A stretch of DNA of 64,000 bases, from the NCBI RefSeq assembly GCF_009931435.1, contig NZ_CP043414.1. One strand, 5' to 3'. The notes beneath the pieces are model-generated. The model ran no database searches. It was given only the letters and a program-made list of their open reading frames with translations, and was not told the DNA's origin. The translations under genes were made by a program, and so were the position numbers. Positions 43,401 to 52,997 of the stretch are shown piece after piece. This stretch comes from Escherichia coli. Lineage in GTDB: Bacteria > Pseudomonadota > Gammaproteobacteria > Enterobacterales > Enterobacteriaceae. The number at the start of each line of letters is the position of its first letter. The first letter of the stretch is position 1.

Positions 43401-43985
43401 GCCTTCGAACGATTCTTTAAACCGGATGGCGTACTGGATACCTTCTACCAGCAGAACCTGAAACTGTTTATCGACAATGATCTGAGCCTGGAAGACGGCG
43501 ATAACAGCGTCATTATCCGCGAAGATATTATTGCGCAACTGGAAACCGCGCAGAAAATCCGTGACATCTTCTTCAGCAAACAGAACGGTCTGGGAACATC
43601 CTTTGCCGTGGAAACGGTATCGCTTTCCGGCAACAAACGCCGCAGCGTACTGAACCTTGACGGCCAGTTAGTCGATTACAGCCAGGGCCGTAACTATACC
43701 GCCCATCTGGTCTGGCCTAACAATATGCGCGAAGGCAACGAAAGCAAACTGACGCTGGTTGGTGCCAGCGGCGGCGCACCGCGCAGTATCAGCTTCAGCG
43801 GGCCGTGGGCGCAGTTCCGCCTGTTCGGGGCCGGACAACTGACCGGAGTACAGGATGGCAACTTTACCGTGCGCTTTAGCGTGGACGGTGGCGCGATGAC
43901 CTACCGTGTGCATACCGACACCGAGGATAACCCGTTCAGCGGTGGGTTGTTCAGCCAGTTTGGTCTGTCAGACACACTGTACTGA
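40461..43985 (+). CDS. tssM: T6SS membrane core protein TssM (IcmF)
   Basis: 1174 aa; GTG start with AGGAG upstream; N-terminal transmembrane helices, Walker A GPVGSGKTT, IcmF-like periplasmic domain. Confidence 0.95.
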   Translation: MFRLPTPRLFSGLKSALRPAMPRFKVSAFWLLILAWIFLLVWIWWKGPAWTLDEEQWLKPLANRWLATAAWGIIALVWLTVRVMKRLQQLEKMQKQQREEAVDPLSVELNAQQRYLDRWLLRLQRHLDNRRFLWQLPWYMVIGPVGSGKTTLLREGFPSDIIYAPEGAHGAEQRLYLTPHVGKQAVIFDIDGTLCAPADADILHRRLWEHALGWLKEKRARQPLNGIILTLDLPDLLTADKRRREHLLQTLRSRLQDIRQHLHCQLPVYVVLTRLDLLQGFAALFQSLNRQDRDAILGVTFTRRAHENDDWRTELNAFWQTWADRMNLALPDLMVTQTHTRASLFSFSRQMQGSREPLISLLEGLLDGENMNVMLRGVYLTSSLQRGQMDDIFTQSAARQYRLGNNPLASWPLVDTAPYFTRSLFPQALLAEPNLATESRAWLMRSRRRLTVFSATGGVAALLLITGWNHYYNGNYQSGITVLKQAKAFMDVPPPQGEDDFGNLQLPLLNPVRDATLAYGDWGDRSRLADMGLYQGRRIGPYVEQTYLQLLEQRYLPSLFNGLVKAMNAAPPESEEKLAVLRVMRMLEDKSGRNNEVVKQYMAKRWSEKFHGQRDIQTQLMSHLDYALAHTDWHAERQAGDGDAISRWTPYDKPVATAQKELSKLPVYQRVYQSLKTRALGVLPADLNLRDQVGPTFDQVFTSADDNKLVVPQFLTRYGLQSYFVKQRDELVELTAMDSWVLNLTRSVKYSDADRAEIQRQLTEQYISDYTATWRAGMDNLNIRNFESIGQLTGTLEQVISGDQPLQRALTVLRDNTQPGVFSEKLSAKERDEALAEPDYQLLTRLGHEFAPENSTLTVQKDKESTMQAVYQQLTELHRYLLAIQNAPVPGRSALKAVQLRLDQNCSDPIFATRQMAKTLPAPLNRWVGRLADQAWHVVMVEAVHYMEVDWRDSVVKPFNEQLANNYPFNPRSAQDASLDAFERFFKPDGVLDTFYQQNLKLFIDNDLSLEDGDNSVIIREDIIAQLETAQKIRDIFFSKQNGLGTSFAVETVSLSGNKRRSVLNLDGQLVDYSQGRNYTAHLVWPNNMREGNESKLTLVGASGGAPRSISFSGPWAQFRLFGAGQLTGVQDGNFTVRFSVDGGAMTYRVHTDTEDNPFSGGLFSQFGLSDTLY

Positions 43986-43995
43986 GGAGGCAGGG

Positions 43996-45348
43996 ATGAA
44001 TAGTAACGTACTGACACAAACTATCGTTACCGGCAGTGACCCGCGCGGGCTGCCGGAATTCAGCGCCATCCGCGAGGAAATAAACAAAGCCAGCCACCCG
44101 TCACAGCCTGAGCTGAACTGGAAACTGGTGGAGTCGCTGGCGCTGGCGATTTTTAAAGCTAACGGTGTGGATTTACACACCGCCACCTACTATACGCTTG
44201 CACGGACACGGACACAGGGACTGGCGGGCTTTTGCGAAGGTGCGGAACTGCTGGCGGCAATGGTAAGCCACGACTGGGATAAGTTCTGGCCGCAGGGCGG
44301 CCCGGCGCGTACTGAAATGCTGGACTGGTTTAACTCCCGAACCGGCAATATTCTGCGTCAGCAAATCTCCTTTGCGGAATCCGACCTACCACTGATCTAC
44401 CGCACGGAGCGGGCATTGCAGCTTATCTGCGACAAACTCCAGCAGGTAGAGCTGAAGCGCGTTCCGCGCGTGGAGAATCTGCTCTATTTTATGCAGAACA
44501 CGCGTAAACGGCTTGAACCCCAGCCGAAGAGTAACGCCGAGAACACCTCACAGACCACGGTCAGAACGCTGATTTATGCACCGGAAACAATGGCTTCCTC
44601 CACGCCAGAAGCAGTAGTGCCTCCCCTGCCCGACCTGCCCGAGATGAAAGTGGAAGTGCGCAGTCTGTCAGAAAATCCCCCACAGGCCAGTGTGATGAAG
44701 CAAGGCAGTACGGTAAGAGGGTTTATCGCAGGGATCGTCTGTTCAGTGGCTGTCGCCTCAGCATTGTGGTGGTGGCAGGTCTATCCGGTGCAGCAGCAAC
44801 TGTTACAGGTTAACGACACCGCGCAGGGCGCAGCAACGGTGTGGATGGCCTCACCTGAACTCGAAAACTATGAGCGCAGGTTGCAACAGCTTCTTGGCGT
44901 CTCCCCGGTACAACCGCTGGAAACCGGAATGCAGATGATGCGTGTTGCCGACAGTCGCTGGCCGGAAAGCCTGCAACAGCAACAGGCCTCGACACAATGG
45001 AATGAGGCACTCAAAACCCGCGCACAGAGTAGCCCGCAGTTGCGTGGCTGGTTGCAGACCCGCCAGGACTTACATGCTTTTGCAGATCTCGTGATGCAGC
45101 GCGAGAAAGAGGGACTAACCCTTTCCTATATCAAAAATGTCATCTGGCAGGCGGAGCGGGGACTGGGGCAGGAAACACCCCTGGAATCCCTGCTGACGCA
45201 GTACCAGGATGCCCGTGCACAGAAGCAGAATACAGATGCGCTGGAAAAACAAATTAATGAGCGACTCGAAGGCGTGTTAAGCCGCTGGCTGCTGCTGAAG
45301 AATAACGTCATGGCAGAGGCGGCAACCGGGACCACGACCGGAAAATAA
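43996..45348 (+). CDS. TssA-like ImpA_N-domain membrane protein (VasL-like accessory)
   Basis: ORF 43906..45348 trimmed to the ATG at 43996 (MNSNVLTQTIV...); ImpA_N-like N-terminus, central transmembrane helix FIAGIVCSVAVASALWWW, coiled-coil-like C-terminus. Confidence 0.65.
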   Translation: MNSNVLTQTIVTGSDPRGLPEFSAIREEINKASHPSQPELNWKLVESLALAIFKANGVDLHTATYYTLARTRTQGLAGFCEGAELLAAMVSHDWDKFWPQGGPARTEMLDWFNSRTGNILRQQISFAESDLPLIYRTERALQLICDKLQQVELKRVPRVENLLYFMQNTRKRLEPQPKSNAENTSQTTVRTLIYAPETMASSTPEAVVPPLPDLPEMKVEVRSLSENPPQASVMKQGSTVRGFIAGIVCSVAVASALWWWQVYPVQQQLLQVNDTAQGAATVWMASPELENYERRLQQLLGVSPVQPLETGMQMMRVADSRWPESLQQQQASTQWNEALKTRAQSSPQLRGWLQTRQDLHAFADLVMQREKEGLTLSYIKNVIWQAERGLGQETPLESLLTQYQDARAQKQNTDALEKQINERLEGVLSRWLLLKNNVMAEAATGTTTGK

Positions 45349-45371
45349 TTATTTAGTTAAAGGAGATTATC

Positions 45372-45854
45372 ATGGCAAATATGAGTTATTTATCTTTAAG
45401 TGGGGAGACACAAGGGCTGATTTCAGCGGGTTGCTCAACGCTTGACTCTGTCGGAAACAAAGCGCAGTTAGAGCATAAAGATCAGATCATGGTTTATGCG
45501 CTAATGCACTCCATCTCAAGAAGTCAGAATGTCAATCATCATGAACTGGTCATCACCAAGCCTGTTGATAAATCCTCACCGTTGCTGGCAAAAGCACTTA
45601 GTGACAATGAAAAAATGACAGCGTGTGAATTTATACTCTACCGAACCAGTAAAGAGGGCATTAACCAGCCTTACTATAAAATAAATCTGTCAAAAGCCAG
45701 GATATCAAGTATTGATTTTGTCACACCTCATGCTGTTCTGGAAAAAGAACTGGAGCCACAGGAGAGAATTGCCTTTATTTATGAAGATATTTCCTGGGAG
45801 CATACGTTAGCCAGGACGAATGCAATGAGTAAATGGCAGGATCGTGTACAGTAA
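45372..45854 (+). CDS. hcp: T6SS tube protein Hcp, copy 2 (divergent paralog)
   Basis: 160 aa Hcp-family protein; AT-rich; followed by candidate effector and immunity genes. Confidence 0.85.
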   Translation: MANMSYLSLSGETQGLISAGCSTLDSVGNKAQLEHKDQIMVYALMHSISRSQNVNHHELVITKPVDKSSPLLAKALSDNEKMTACEFILYRTSKEGINQPYYKINLSKARISSIDFVTPHAVLEKELEPQERIAFIYEDISWEHTLARTNAMSKWQDRVQ

Positions 45855-45896
45855 CATACTGCAATAACATAATAACTTACTATTACGGAGAGATAA

Positions 45897-46811
45897 ATGG
45901 CTGGTTTAAGGAATAATAACAACACACAGAATGCACAGTGGGCTGATTATGTGGGTGACATTCTTCGGGGGTCTCAGCCGATAAACCAGCTAGTACCTCA
46001 GCACCCTTATCTTAACGACATCCCACTCATTGATGAGTTAAGGCGTCAGAACACTCATCATGTTATTCTTTTGACATTTGATGTTGCAAAAAAAATACTC
46101 AACCCAATAACATCATTTGATTACATTCATTTTATCACTACACATCCTTCAGGTATAAAAGATACACTAGCCTGGTTAGTTAACGCGGGTAAATTAATGA
46201 CTGAGTTTGATGAAAATGGGAAAATTATATTTAACCTTAATACCTTAAAGTATACAAAAGCAAGTTACTTTGAAATACTTGGAGAGAAATATATAAAAAT
46301 CACAACATCCAGCCCCTGGCTTTTAGAAAAGCTCGGTAAATATATTTTCTCTTCACGAGCGCCTCAAGTTCTGGAGCTCGCTATTGGCTGGCGAGGAGCT
46401 TTATCTGAATCAATAAAAGGAGTTAAGTTCTGTATCTGGTTTTCAGTAGCCTGGAGAACCATAGAATTTATTATGAGTTCAGAGCGAGATCTGGTTAATT
46501 TTCTTGGTGATTTTTCAATGGATGTGGCCAAAGCAGTGATTGCAGGCGGTGTTGCAACCGCTATTGGAAGCCTGGCTTCTTTTGCCTGTCTTAGTTTTGG
46601 CCTTCCAGTAATTCTTGTAGGAGGAGCAATTTTACTTACAGGGATAGTGTGTACAGTTGTTTTAAATGAAATCGATGCTCAATACCATTTATCAGAAAAA
46701 TTAAAAGATGCAATTAGAGATGGACTAAAACAGCAACAGGAACTTGATAAATGGAAAAGGGAAAACATGACTCCATTTATGTATGTTCTTAACACCCCCC
46801 CCGTGATATGA
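45897..46811 (+). CDS. Candidate T6SS effector with C-terminal glycine-rich transmembrane hairpin (possible membrane-disrupting toxin)
   Basis: 304 aa, AT-rich; C-terminal AVIAGGVATAIGSLASFACLSFGLPVILVGGAILLTGIVCTVVL; directly downstream of hcp2 and upstream of a small polytopic membrane protein. Confidence 0.45.
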   Translation: MAGLRNNNNTQNAQWADYVGDILRGSQPINQLVPQHPYLNDIPLIDELRRQNTHHVILLTFDVAKKILNPITSFDYIHFITTHPSGIKDTLAWLVNAGKLMTEFDENGKIIFNLNTLKYTKASYFEILGEKYIKITTSSPWLLEKLGKYIFSSRAPQVLELAIGWRGALSESIKGVKFCIWFSVAWRTIEFIMSSERDLVNFLGDFSMDVAKAVIAGGVATAIGSLASFACLSFGLPVILVGGAILLTGIVCTVVLNEIDAQYHLSEKLKDAIRDGLKQQQELDKWKRENMTPFMYVLNTPPVI

Positions 46812-46820
46812 GGATTAACT

Positions 46821-47288
46821 ATGTGTTTACATGTTAAATTGAAAGAGTTTCTTTCGATGTTTTTTATAGCCATGTTATTTTTCCCTGCATTCAATGCTTC
46901 TTTGTTTTTTACCGGAATTAAACCTCTATACTCAATAATAAAAGGCTCCACGGAAATATTTTATGATTGGAGAATGTTGATTCTATTCTTCGGTTTCATA
47001 TCGTTTTCCTTGTTAAATATTCATGTAATTTTACTAACGATAATAAAATCATTCTTAATAAAAAAAACAAAGGTAATCAATTTCGCCACAAACATAACAA
47101 TACAGCTAACTCTTATATTTTTACTAATAGCTATCGTAATAGCACCTTTAATAGCTCCTTTTGTCACAGGATATGTCAATGCTAATTATCACCTCTGCGG
47201 TAATAACACGGGGATTTTCCCAGGAGCAATCTATATTAAAAATGGCATGGAATGTAATAATGATTATATTTCTCACAAGGAAGATTAA
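46821..47288 (+). CDS. Candidate immunity protein: small polytopic inner-membrane protein
   Basis: 155 aa with about four hydrophobic helices; AT-rich; 10 nt after the candidate effector. Confidence 0.4.
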   Translation: MCLHVKLKEFLSMFFIAMLFFPAFNASLFFTGIKPLYSIIKGSTEIFYDWRMLILFFGFISFSLLNIHVILLTIIKSFLIKKTKVINFATNITIQLTLIFLLIAIVIAPLIAPFVTGYVNANYHLCGNNTGIFPGAIYIKNGMECNNDYISHKED

Positions 47289-47429
47289 GCAGTTAAATAT
47301 TATAAAACAAACAGTTTTTAACTCCGGATTCCATGTCCTTTTTTGCACTGTCTTTGTCAGGAAAAAATTTCTTATGCAAAGAATTTTGTATTATTGCCGC
47401 CAGAAATCCCTGCCGGCAGATATAATTTA

Positions 47430-48215
47430 TTATTGATAGCGGTTAACCAAATCTTTTACCATCGCTTTATAGGTCTTTTGCTTAAGTTGCATGATTTGCT
47501 GCTCTGTCATATCAGTCGTACTGGCTTCATTCTTGCCGGGCAATGGTGGAAGCACTTTATATTCATAATTCATCGGCGACCAGGCAGCCCACTCACCTGT
47601 AGCTACATCCACCAGCGTGAATCGCACCAGATAGCGCAGTGAGATTGTGTTAGTCAGTTTTTCATTTTTATAATCGGACCATACTGTTGATTTCAGCGCA
47701 GAGTCATATTTTCCTGTCTGCAACGTATCATGGTAAACAATAATCGCTTTCTGATGCCCTTTCGCAGCCACAAAACGCAATGCCTGCATCCAGTTCATAT
47801 TTTCAGCACTGGCAACATCCTCGTTCTCATTTTTATCTTTATTTTTGTTACAAGTCAGAGGCTTTTGCCTGTCCGGGATACCAGAGAATGTGGAAACAGT
47901 ATAATATTTTCTCATCTCCTCCTGCATAATGGTTTCCGGTGCGCGACTGCCAGACTGGACAAGTATTACGGGAGAATTGAGAGGCACACGAAACTCATCT
48001 CCTTCAAGCGCAGCCTGAATATCCTCCTCGGATACAGCCAGAGTGGTTTCATTACCGAATAAATCTTTGTCTGTCAGTTGCGGGGGAATGTTTTTATTAA
48101 TATTACTTTGTGTAACCTGAGCTTTTTTCTTTTTTTCATCAATAGAAGATTGAGAGGCACATCCTGCAAGCAGCGAGAATAATACACATATGCAACAAAC
48201 CTTTTTTGAATTCAT
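47430..48215 (-). CDS. yafT: Lipoprotein YafT
   Basis: 261 aa; lipobox LLAGC; sits next to aspV as in K-12. Confidence 0.85.
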   Translation of the reverse strand: MNSKKVCCICVLFSLLAGCASQSSIDEKKKKAQVTQSNINKNIPPQLTDKDLFGNETTLAVSEEDIQAALEGDEFRVPLNSPVILVQSGSRAPETIMQEEMRKYYTVSTFSGIPDRQKPLTCNKNKDKNENEDVASAENMNWMQALRFVAAKGHQKAIIVYHDTLQTGKYDSALKSTVWSDYKNEKLTNTISLRYLVRFTLVDVATGEWAAWSPMNYEYKVLPPLPGKNEASTTDMTEQQIMQLKQKTYKAMVKDLVNRYQ

Positions 48216-48480
48216 AATCGGACACTCCCTCGCCTGTCATAATGATTAGAATATTTAGCACTGATAACGGACTCTAATTATATACCCCACTTAAATAATA
48301 ACAAACAAAATCAACATGAAATATACATTCATTTAATCAATATAAAATTATTCTCTAAAAATATATTTAAGTTGAATGGTTCTATATCATTATTGAATTT
48401 TAATAAATGAGACAACAAGAGAGAGTTACACACTTACGCCAGAGTAAAATCATTGAACAGAGAAATTGCGGGATTTAAAT

Positions 48481-48514
48481 GCAAAAAAACCGCAAAATTA
48501 AAAATCTTGCGGTT
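48481..48514 (-). terminator. Rho-independent terminator downstream of aspV
   Basis: Minus strand reads ccgcaagatttttaattttgcgg followed by TTTTTTTGC. Confidence 0.5.
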
Positions 48515-48541
48515 CTCTGAACTCATTTTCATGAGTGAATT

Positions 48542-48618
48542 TGGCGGAACGGACGGGACTCGAACCCGCGACCCCCTGCGTGACAGGCAGGTATTCTAAC
48601 CGACTGAACTACCGCTCC
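48542..48618 (-). tRNA. aspV: tRNA-Asp (GUC)
   Basis: Reverse complement matches the 77 nt E. coli tRNA-Asp sequence. Confidence 0.97.
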
Positions 48619-48750
48619 GCGTTGTGTTCCGTTGGGAACGAGGCGAATATTACGGATTGCCTCACCCTTCGTCAATGGTTTTTCTCATCTTTTGAATCGT
48701 TTGCTGCAAAAATCGCCCAAGTCGCTATTTTTAGCGCCTTTTACAGGTAT

Positions 48751-49482
48751 TTATGCCCGCCAGAGGCAGCTTCCGCCCTTTTTCTGCACCAGATCGAGAC
48801 GGGCTTCATGTGCCGCAAGCTCTTCATCTGTCGCAAAAACAACGCGTAACTTACTTGCCTGACGCACAATGCGCTGAATTGTTGTTTCACCTTGTTGCTG
48901 TTGTGTCTCTCCTTCCATCGCAAAAGCCATCGACGTTTGACCACCAGTCATCGCCAGATAAACTTCCGCAAGGATCTGGGCATCGAGTAATGCCCCGTGC
49001 AGCGTTCGTTTACTGTTATCTATTTCGTAGCGGGCACATAACGCATCGAGGCTGTTGCGCTTACCGGGAAACATTTTCCTCGCCACCGCAAGGCTATCGG
49101 TGACCTTACAGAAGGTATTGGTCTTCGGAATATCGCGCTTAAGCAACGAAAACTCGTAGTCCATAAAGCCGATATCGAACGCTGCGTTATGGATCACCAA
49201 CTCAGCGCCGCGAATATAGTCCATGAACTCATCGGCTACCTCGGCAAATGTGGGCTTATCGAGCAAAAACTCATCGGCAATACCATGTACGCCAAAGGCT
49301 TCTGGATCCACCAGCCGATCGGGTTTGAGATAAACGTGAAAGTTATTGCCCGTCAGGCGACGGTTCACCACTTCAACGGCACCAATCTCAATGATCTTGT
49401 GGCCTTCATAGTGCGCACCAATCTGGTTCATACCGGTGGTTTCAGTATCGAGAACGATCTGGCGTGTAATTGCAGTGCTCAT
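48751..49482 (-). CDS. dnaQ: DNA polymerase III epsilon subunit (3'-5' proofreading exonuclease)
   Basis: ORF 48751..49491 trimmed to the ATG at 49482 ([20 protein letters not shown]...), 243 aa. Confidence 0.97.
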
Positions 49483-49545
49483 AGCGGTCATTTATGTCAG
49501 ACTTGTCGTTTTACAGTTGATTCAATTACAGGAAGTCTACCAGAG

Positions 49546-50013
49546 ATGCTTAAACAGGTAGAAATTTTCACCGATGGTTCGTGTCTGGGTAATCCTGGAC
49601 CCGGGGGTTACGGCGCTATTTTACGCTATCGCGGACGCGAGAAAACCTTTAGCGCTGGCTACACCCGCACCACCAACAACCGTATGGAGTTGATGGCCGC
49701 TATTGTCGCGCTGGAGGCGTTAAAAGAACATTGCGAAGTCATTTTGAGTACCGACAGCCAGTATGTCCGCCAGGGTATCACCCAGTGGATCCATAACTGG
49801 AAAAAACGTGGCTGGAAAACAGCAGACAAAAAACCAGTAAAAAATGTCGATCTCTGGCAACGTCTTGATGCTGCGCTGGGGCAGCATCAAATCAAATGGG
49901 AATGGGTTAAAGGCCATGCCGGACACCCGGAAAACGAACGTTGCGATGAACTGGCTCGTGCCGCAGCGATGAATCCCACACTGGAAGATACGGGCTATCA
50001 AGTCGAAGTTTAA
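49546..50013 (+). CDS. rnhA: Ribonuclease HI
   Basis: 155 aa [23 protein letters not shown]... inside ORF 49189..50013; divergent from dnaQ. Confidence 0.97.
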
Positions 50014-50732
50014 GCCTGTGGTTTACGACATTGCCGGGTGGCTCCAACCGCCTGGCGAATTCGTGGCTTGTTTTTACTCTGTTTCATCGGATTTAGCGTT
50101 AAAGGAATAGTCCGTTTCCGGGCGACAATAAGTTGTAAGCAACCAAGCGCAGGAATATGCGCATTCAATAGTTTTCCACCGTGTTTGTTCCACGGGAGAA
50201 CGTGGAAACGGCTGGCGTGTAACACTTCAAAATTCAACAAAGAGAGCCAGTCCAGCTGCCGCATCAGAGTAAACATCCGGCTATTATAGGGTGAGGTTTT
50301 TCGCAATACCGGCACAAGTTTGCGTAATCCCATTAAACTGATGGGATTGAAGCCGCTAATGACCAACCAACCATCATCAATCAATACCCGATCGGCTTCA
50401 CGTAATAATCGATGCGGATCGGTGCACCACGGCAATGTATGTGCCAGTAGACAAACATCAACGGATTTATCGGCAAAAGGAAGATGAAGTGGGTCCGCCT
50501 GCACCTGGACAGGCATTCCTTGCGCAGAAACATTCACTTGATGAGAAACCGCGCACGCTTCGCAATTGATTTCTGCGCTTAAATTGCCAATCTTAAGCAG
50601 ATGAAAACCATACATTTTAGTGAACCACGGGTTGAGCTGGCGCTCCAGCGCTTTGCGATAAAGCTCTCCCCAGGGCAAATCGCCCCAGCAATCAGGAGCC
50701 ACGACAGTTTGAGGGACTCTTGCCGGTTTCAT
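50010..50732 (-). CDS. yafS: SAM-dependent methyltransferase YafS
   Basis: ORF 50010..50750 trimmed to Met at 50732 ([11 protein letters not shown]...), 240 aa. Confidence 0.9.
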
Positions 50733-50762
50733 CACAACCTTCCGTTTCACACTGAGAGGTAA

Positions 50763-51521
<759 letters not shown>

Positions 51522-51592
51522 TAAAACTTTCTTGTCATCGGCTCCGTTCGCCGTTATGATCGGTCGTCTTTTAAGCAACTATTGACACACAC

Positions 51593-52951
51593 ATGAAGGC
51601 AAAAGCGATATTACTCGCCTCTGTCCTGCTCGTGGGTTGCCAGAGTACCGGCAACGTTCAACAGCACGCACAGAGCCTTTCTGCAGCTGGTCAAGGGGAA
51701 GCAGCAAAGTTTACAAGTCAGGCACGATGGATGGACGATGGGACGTCTATCGCGCCAGATGGTGACTTGTGGGCTTTCATTGGCGACGAGCTAAAGATGG
51801 GAATTCCGGAAAATGACCGGATTCGCGAACAGAAACAGAAATATTTACGCAATAAGAGCTATCTCCACGATGTAACTTTACGGGCAGAGCCGTATATGTA
51901 CTGGATAGCCGGGCAAGTTAAAAAACGTAACATGCCTATGGAACTGGTACTACTACCCATAGTGGAGAGCGCTTTTGATCCTCACGCGACGTCTGGCGCC
52001 AATGCCGCAGGTATTTGGCAGATCATTCCGAGCACGGGGCGCAATTATGGTTTGAAACAGACCCGCAATTATGACGCGCGTCGCGATGTTGTTGCTTCAA
52101 CGACTGCCGCGCTGAACATGATGCAGCGTCTGAACAAGATGTTTGACGGCGACTGGCTTCTGACCGTAGCGGCTTATAACAGCGGCGAAGGTCGGGTCAT
52201 GAAGGCAATTAAAACGAACAAAGCGCGTGGGAAATCCACGGACTTCTGGTCGTTACCGTTGCCGCAGGAAACGAAGCAGTACGTGCCTAAAATGCTGGCA
52301 TTGAGTGATATTCTCAAAAACAGCAAGCGTTATGGTATACGTCTGCCAACGACTGATGAAAGCCGTGCTCTGGCGCGTGTGCACCTGAGCAGCCCGGTTG
52401 AAATGGCGAAGGTTGCAGATATGGCGGGGATTTCCGTCAGCAAGCTGAAGACATTCAACGCTGGCGTGAAAGGCTCCACGCTGGGCGCAAGTGGCCCGCA
52501 GTACGTGATGGTGCCAAAGAAGCATGCAGATCAACTGCGTGAATCTCTGGCTTCTGGCGAAATTGCTGCCGTACAGTCGACACTGGTTGCCGACAATACG
52601 CCGCTTAACAGCCGTGTTTACACCGTACGCTCTGGCGACACGCTTTCAAGCATCGCTTCACGTCTCGGCGTAAGCACCAAAGATTTGCAGCAGTGGAACA
52701 AACTGCGGGGATCTAAGCTGAAAGCAGGCCAAAGTTTGACGATTGGCGCAGGTAGTAGCGCACAGCGGTTGGCAAACAACAGCGATAGCATTACGTATCG
52801 TGTACGCAAAGGCGATTCGCTTTCAAGCATTGCTAAACGCCACGGCGTGAACATCAAAGATGTGATGCGCTGGAACAGCGACACTGCGAATCTGCAACCA
52901 GGCGATAAGCTGACGTTGTTTGTGAAAAACAACAACATGCCAGATTCCTGA
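51593..52951 (+). CDS. mltD: Membrane-bound lytic murein transglycosylase D
   Basis: 452 aa; lipoprotein signal (LLVGC), transglycosylase domain and C-terminal LysM repeats. Confidence 0.95.
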   Translation: MKAKAILLASVLLVGCQSTGNVQQHAQSLSAAGQGEAAKFTSQARWMDDGTSIAPDGDLWAFIGDELKMGIPENDRIREQKQKYLRNKSYLHDVTLRAEPYMYWIAGQVKKRNMPMELVLLPIVESAFDPHATSGANAAGIWQIIPSTGRNYGLKQTRNYDARRDVVASTTAALNMMQRLNKMFDGDWLLTVAAYNSGEGRVMKAIKTNKARGKSTDFWSLPLPQETKQYVPKMLALSDILKNSKRYGIRLPTTDESRALARVHLSSPVEMAKVADMAGISVSKLKTFNAGVKGSTLGASGPQYVMVPKKHADQLRESLASGEIAAVQSTLVADNTPLNSRVYTVRSGDTLSSIASRLGVSTKDLQQWNKLRGSKLKAGQSLTIGAGSSAQRLANNSDSITYRVRKGDSLSSIAKRHGVNIKDVMRWNSDTANLQPGDKLTLFVKNNNMPDS

Positions 52952-52964
52952 CAAACCAGATAAT

Positions 52965-52997
52965 AAAAAGGCACCGATTCCCCCGGTGCCTTTTTAT
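52965..52997. terminator. Bidirectional hairpin terminator between convergent mltD and yafE
   Basis: aaaaaggcaccg ... cggtgccttttt. Confidence 0.5.

Noticed and set aside
46967-47436. ORFs 46967..47185 (+), 47148..47348 (-) and 47161..47436 (+) near the candidate immunity gene
   Set aside because: They overlap or are antisense to the polytopic membrane protein ORF and are composition-driven in very AT-rich DNA. The 155 aa membrane protein is the more plausible gene, though the exact gene model here is uncertain.
48535-49103. Plus-strand ORFs overlapping aspV and the 3' part of dnaQ
   Set aside because: They overlap a tRNA gene and the antisense strand of dnaQ, with no independent support.
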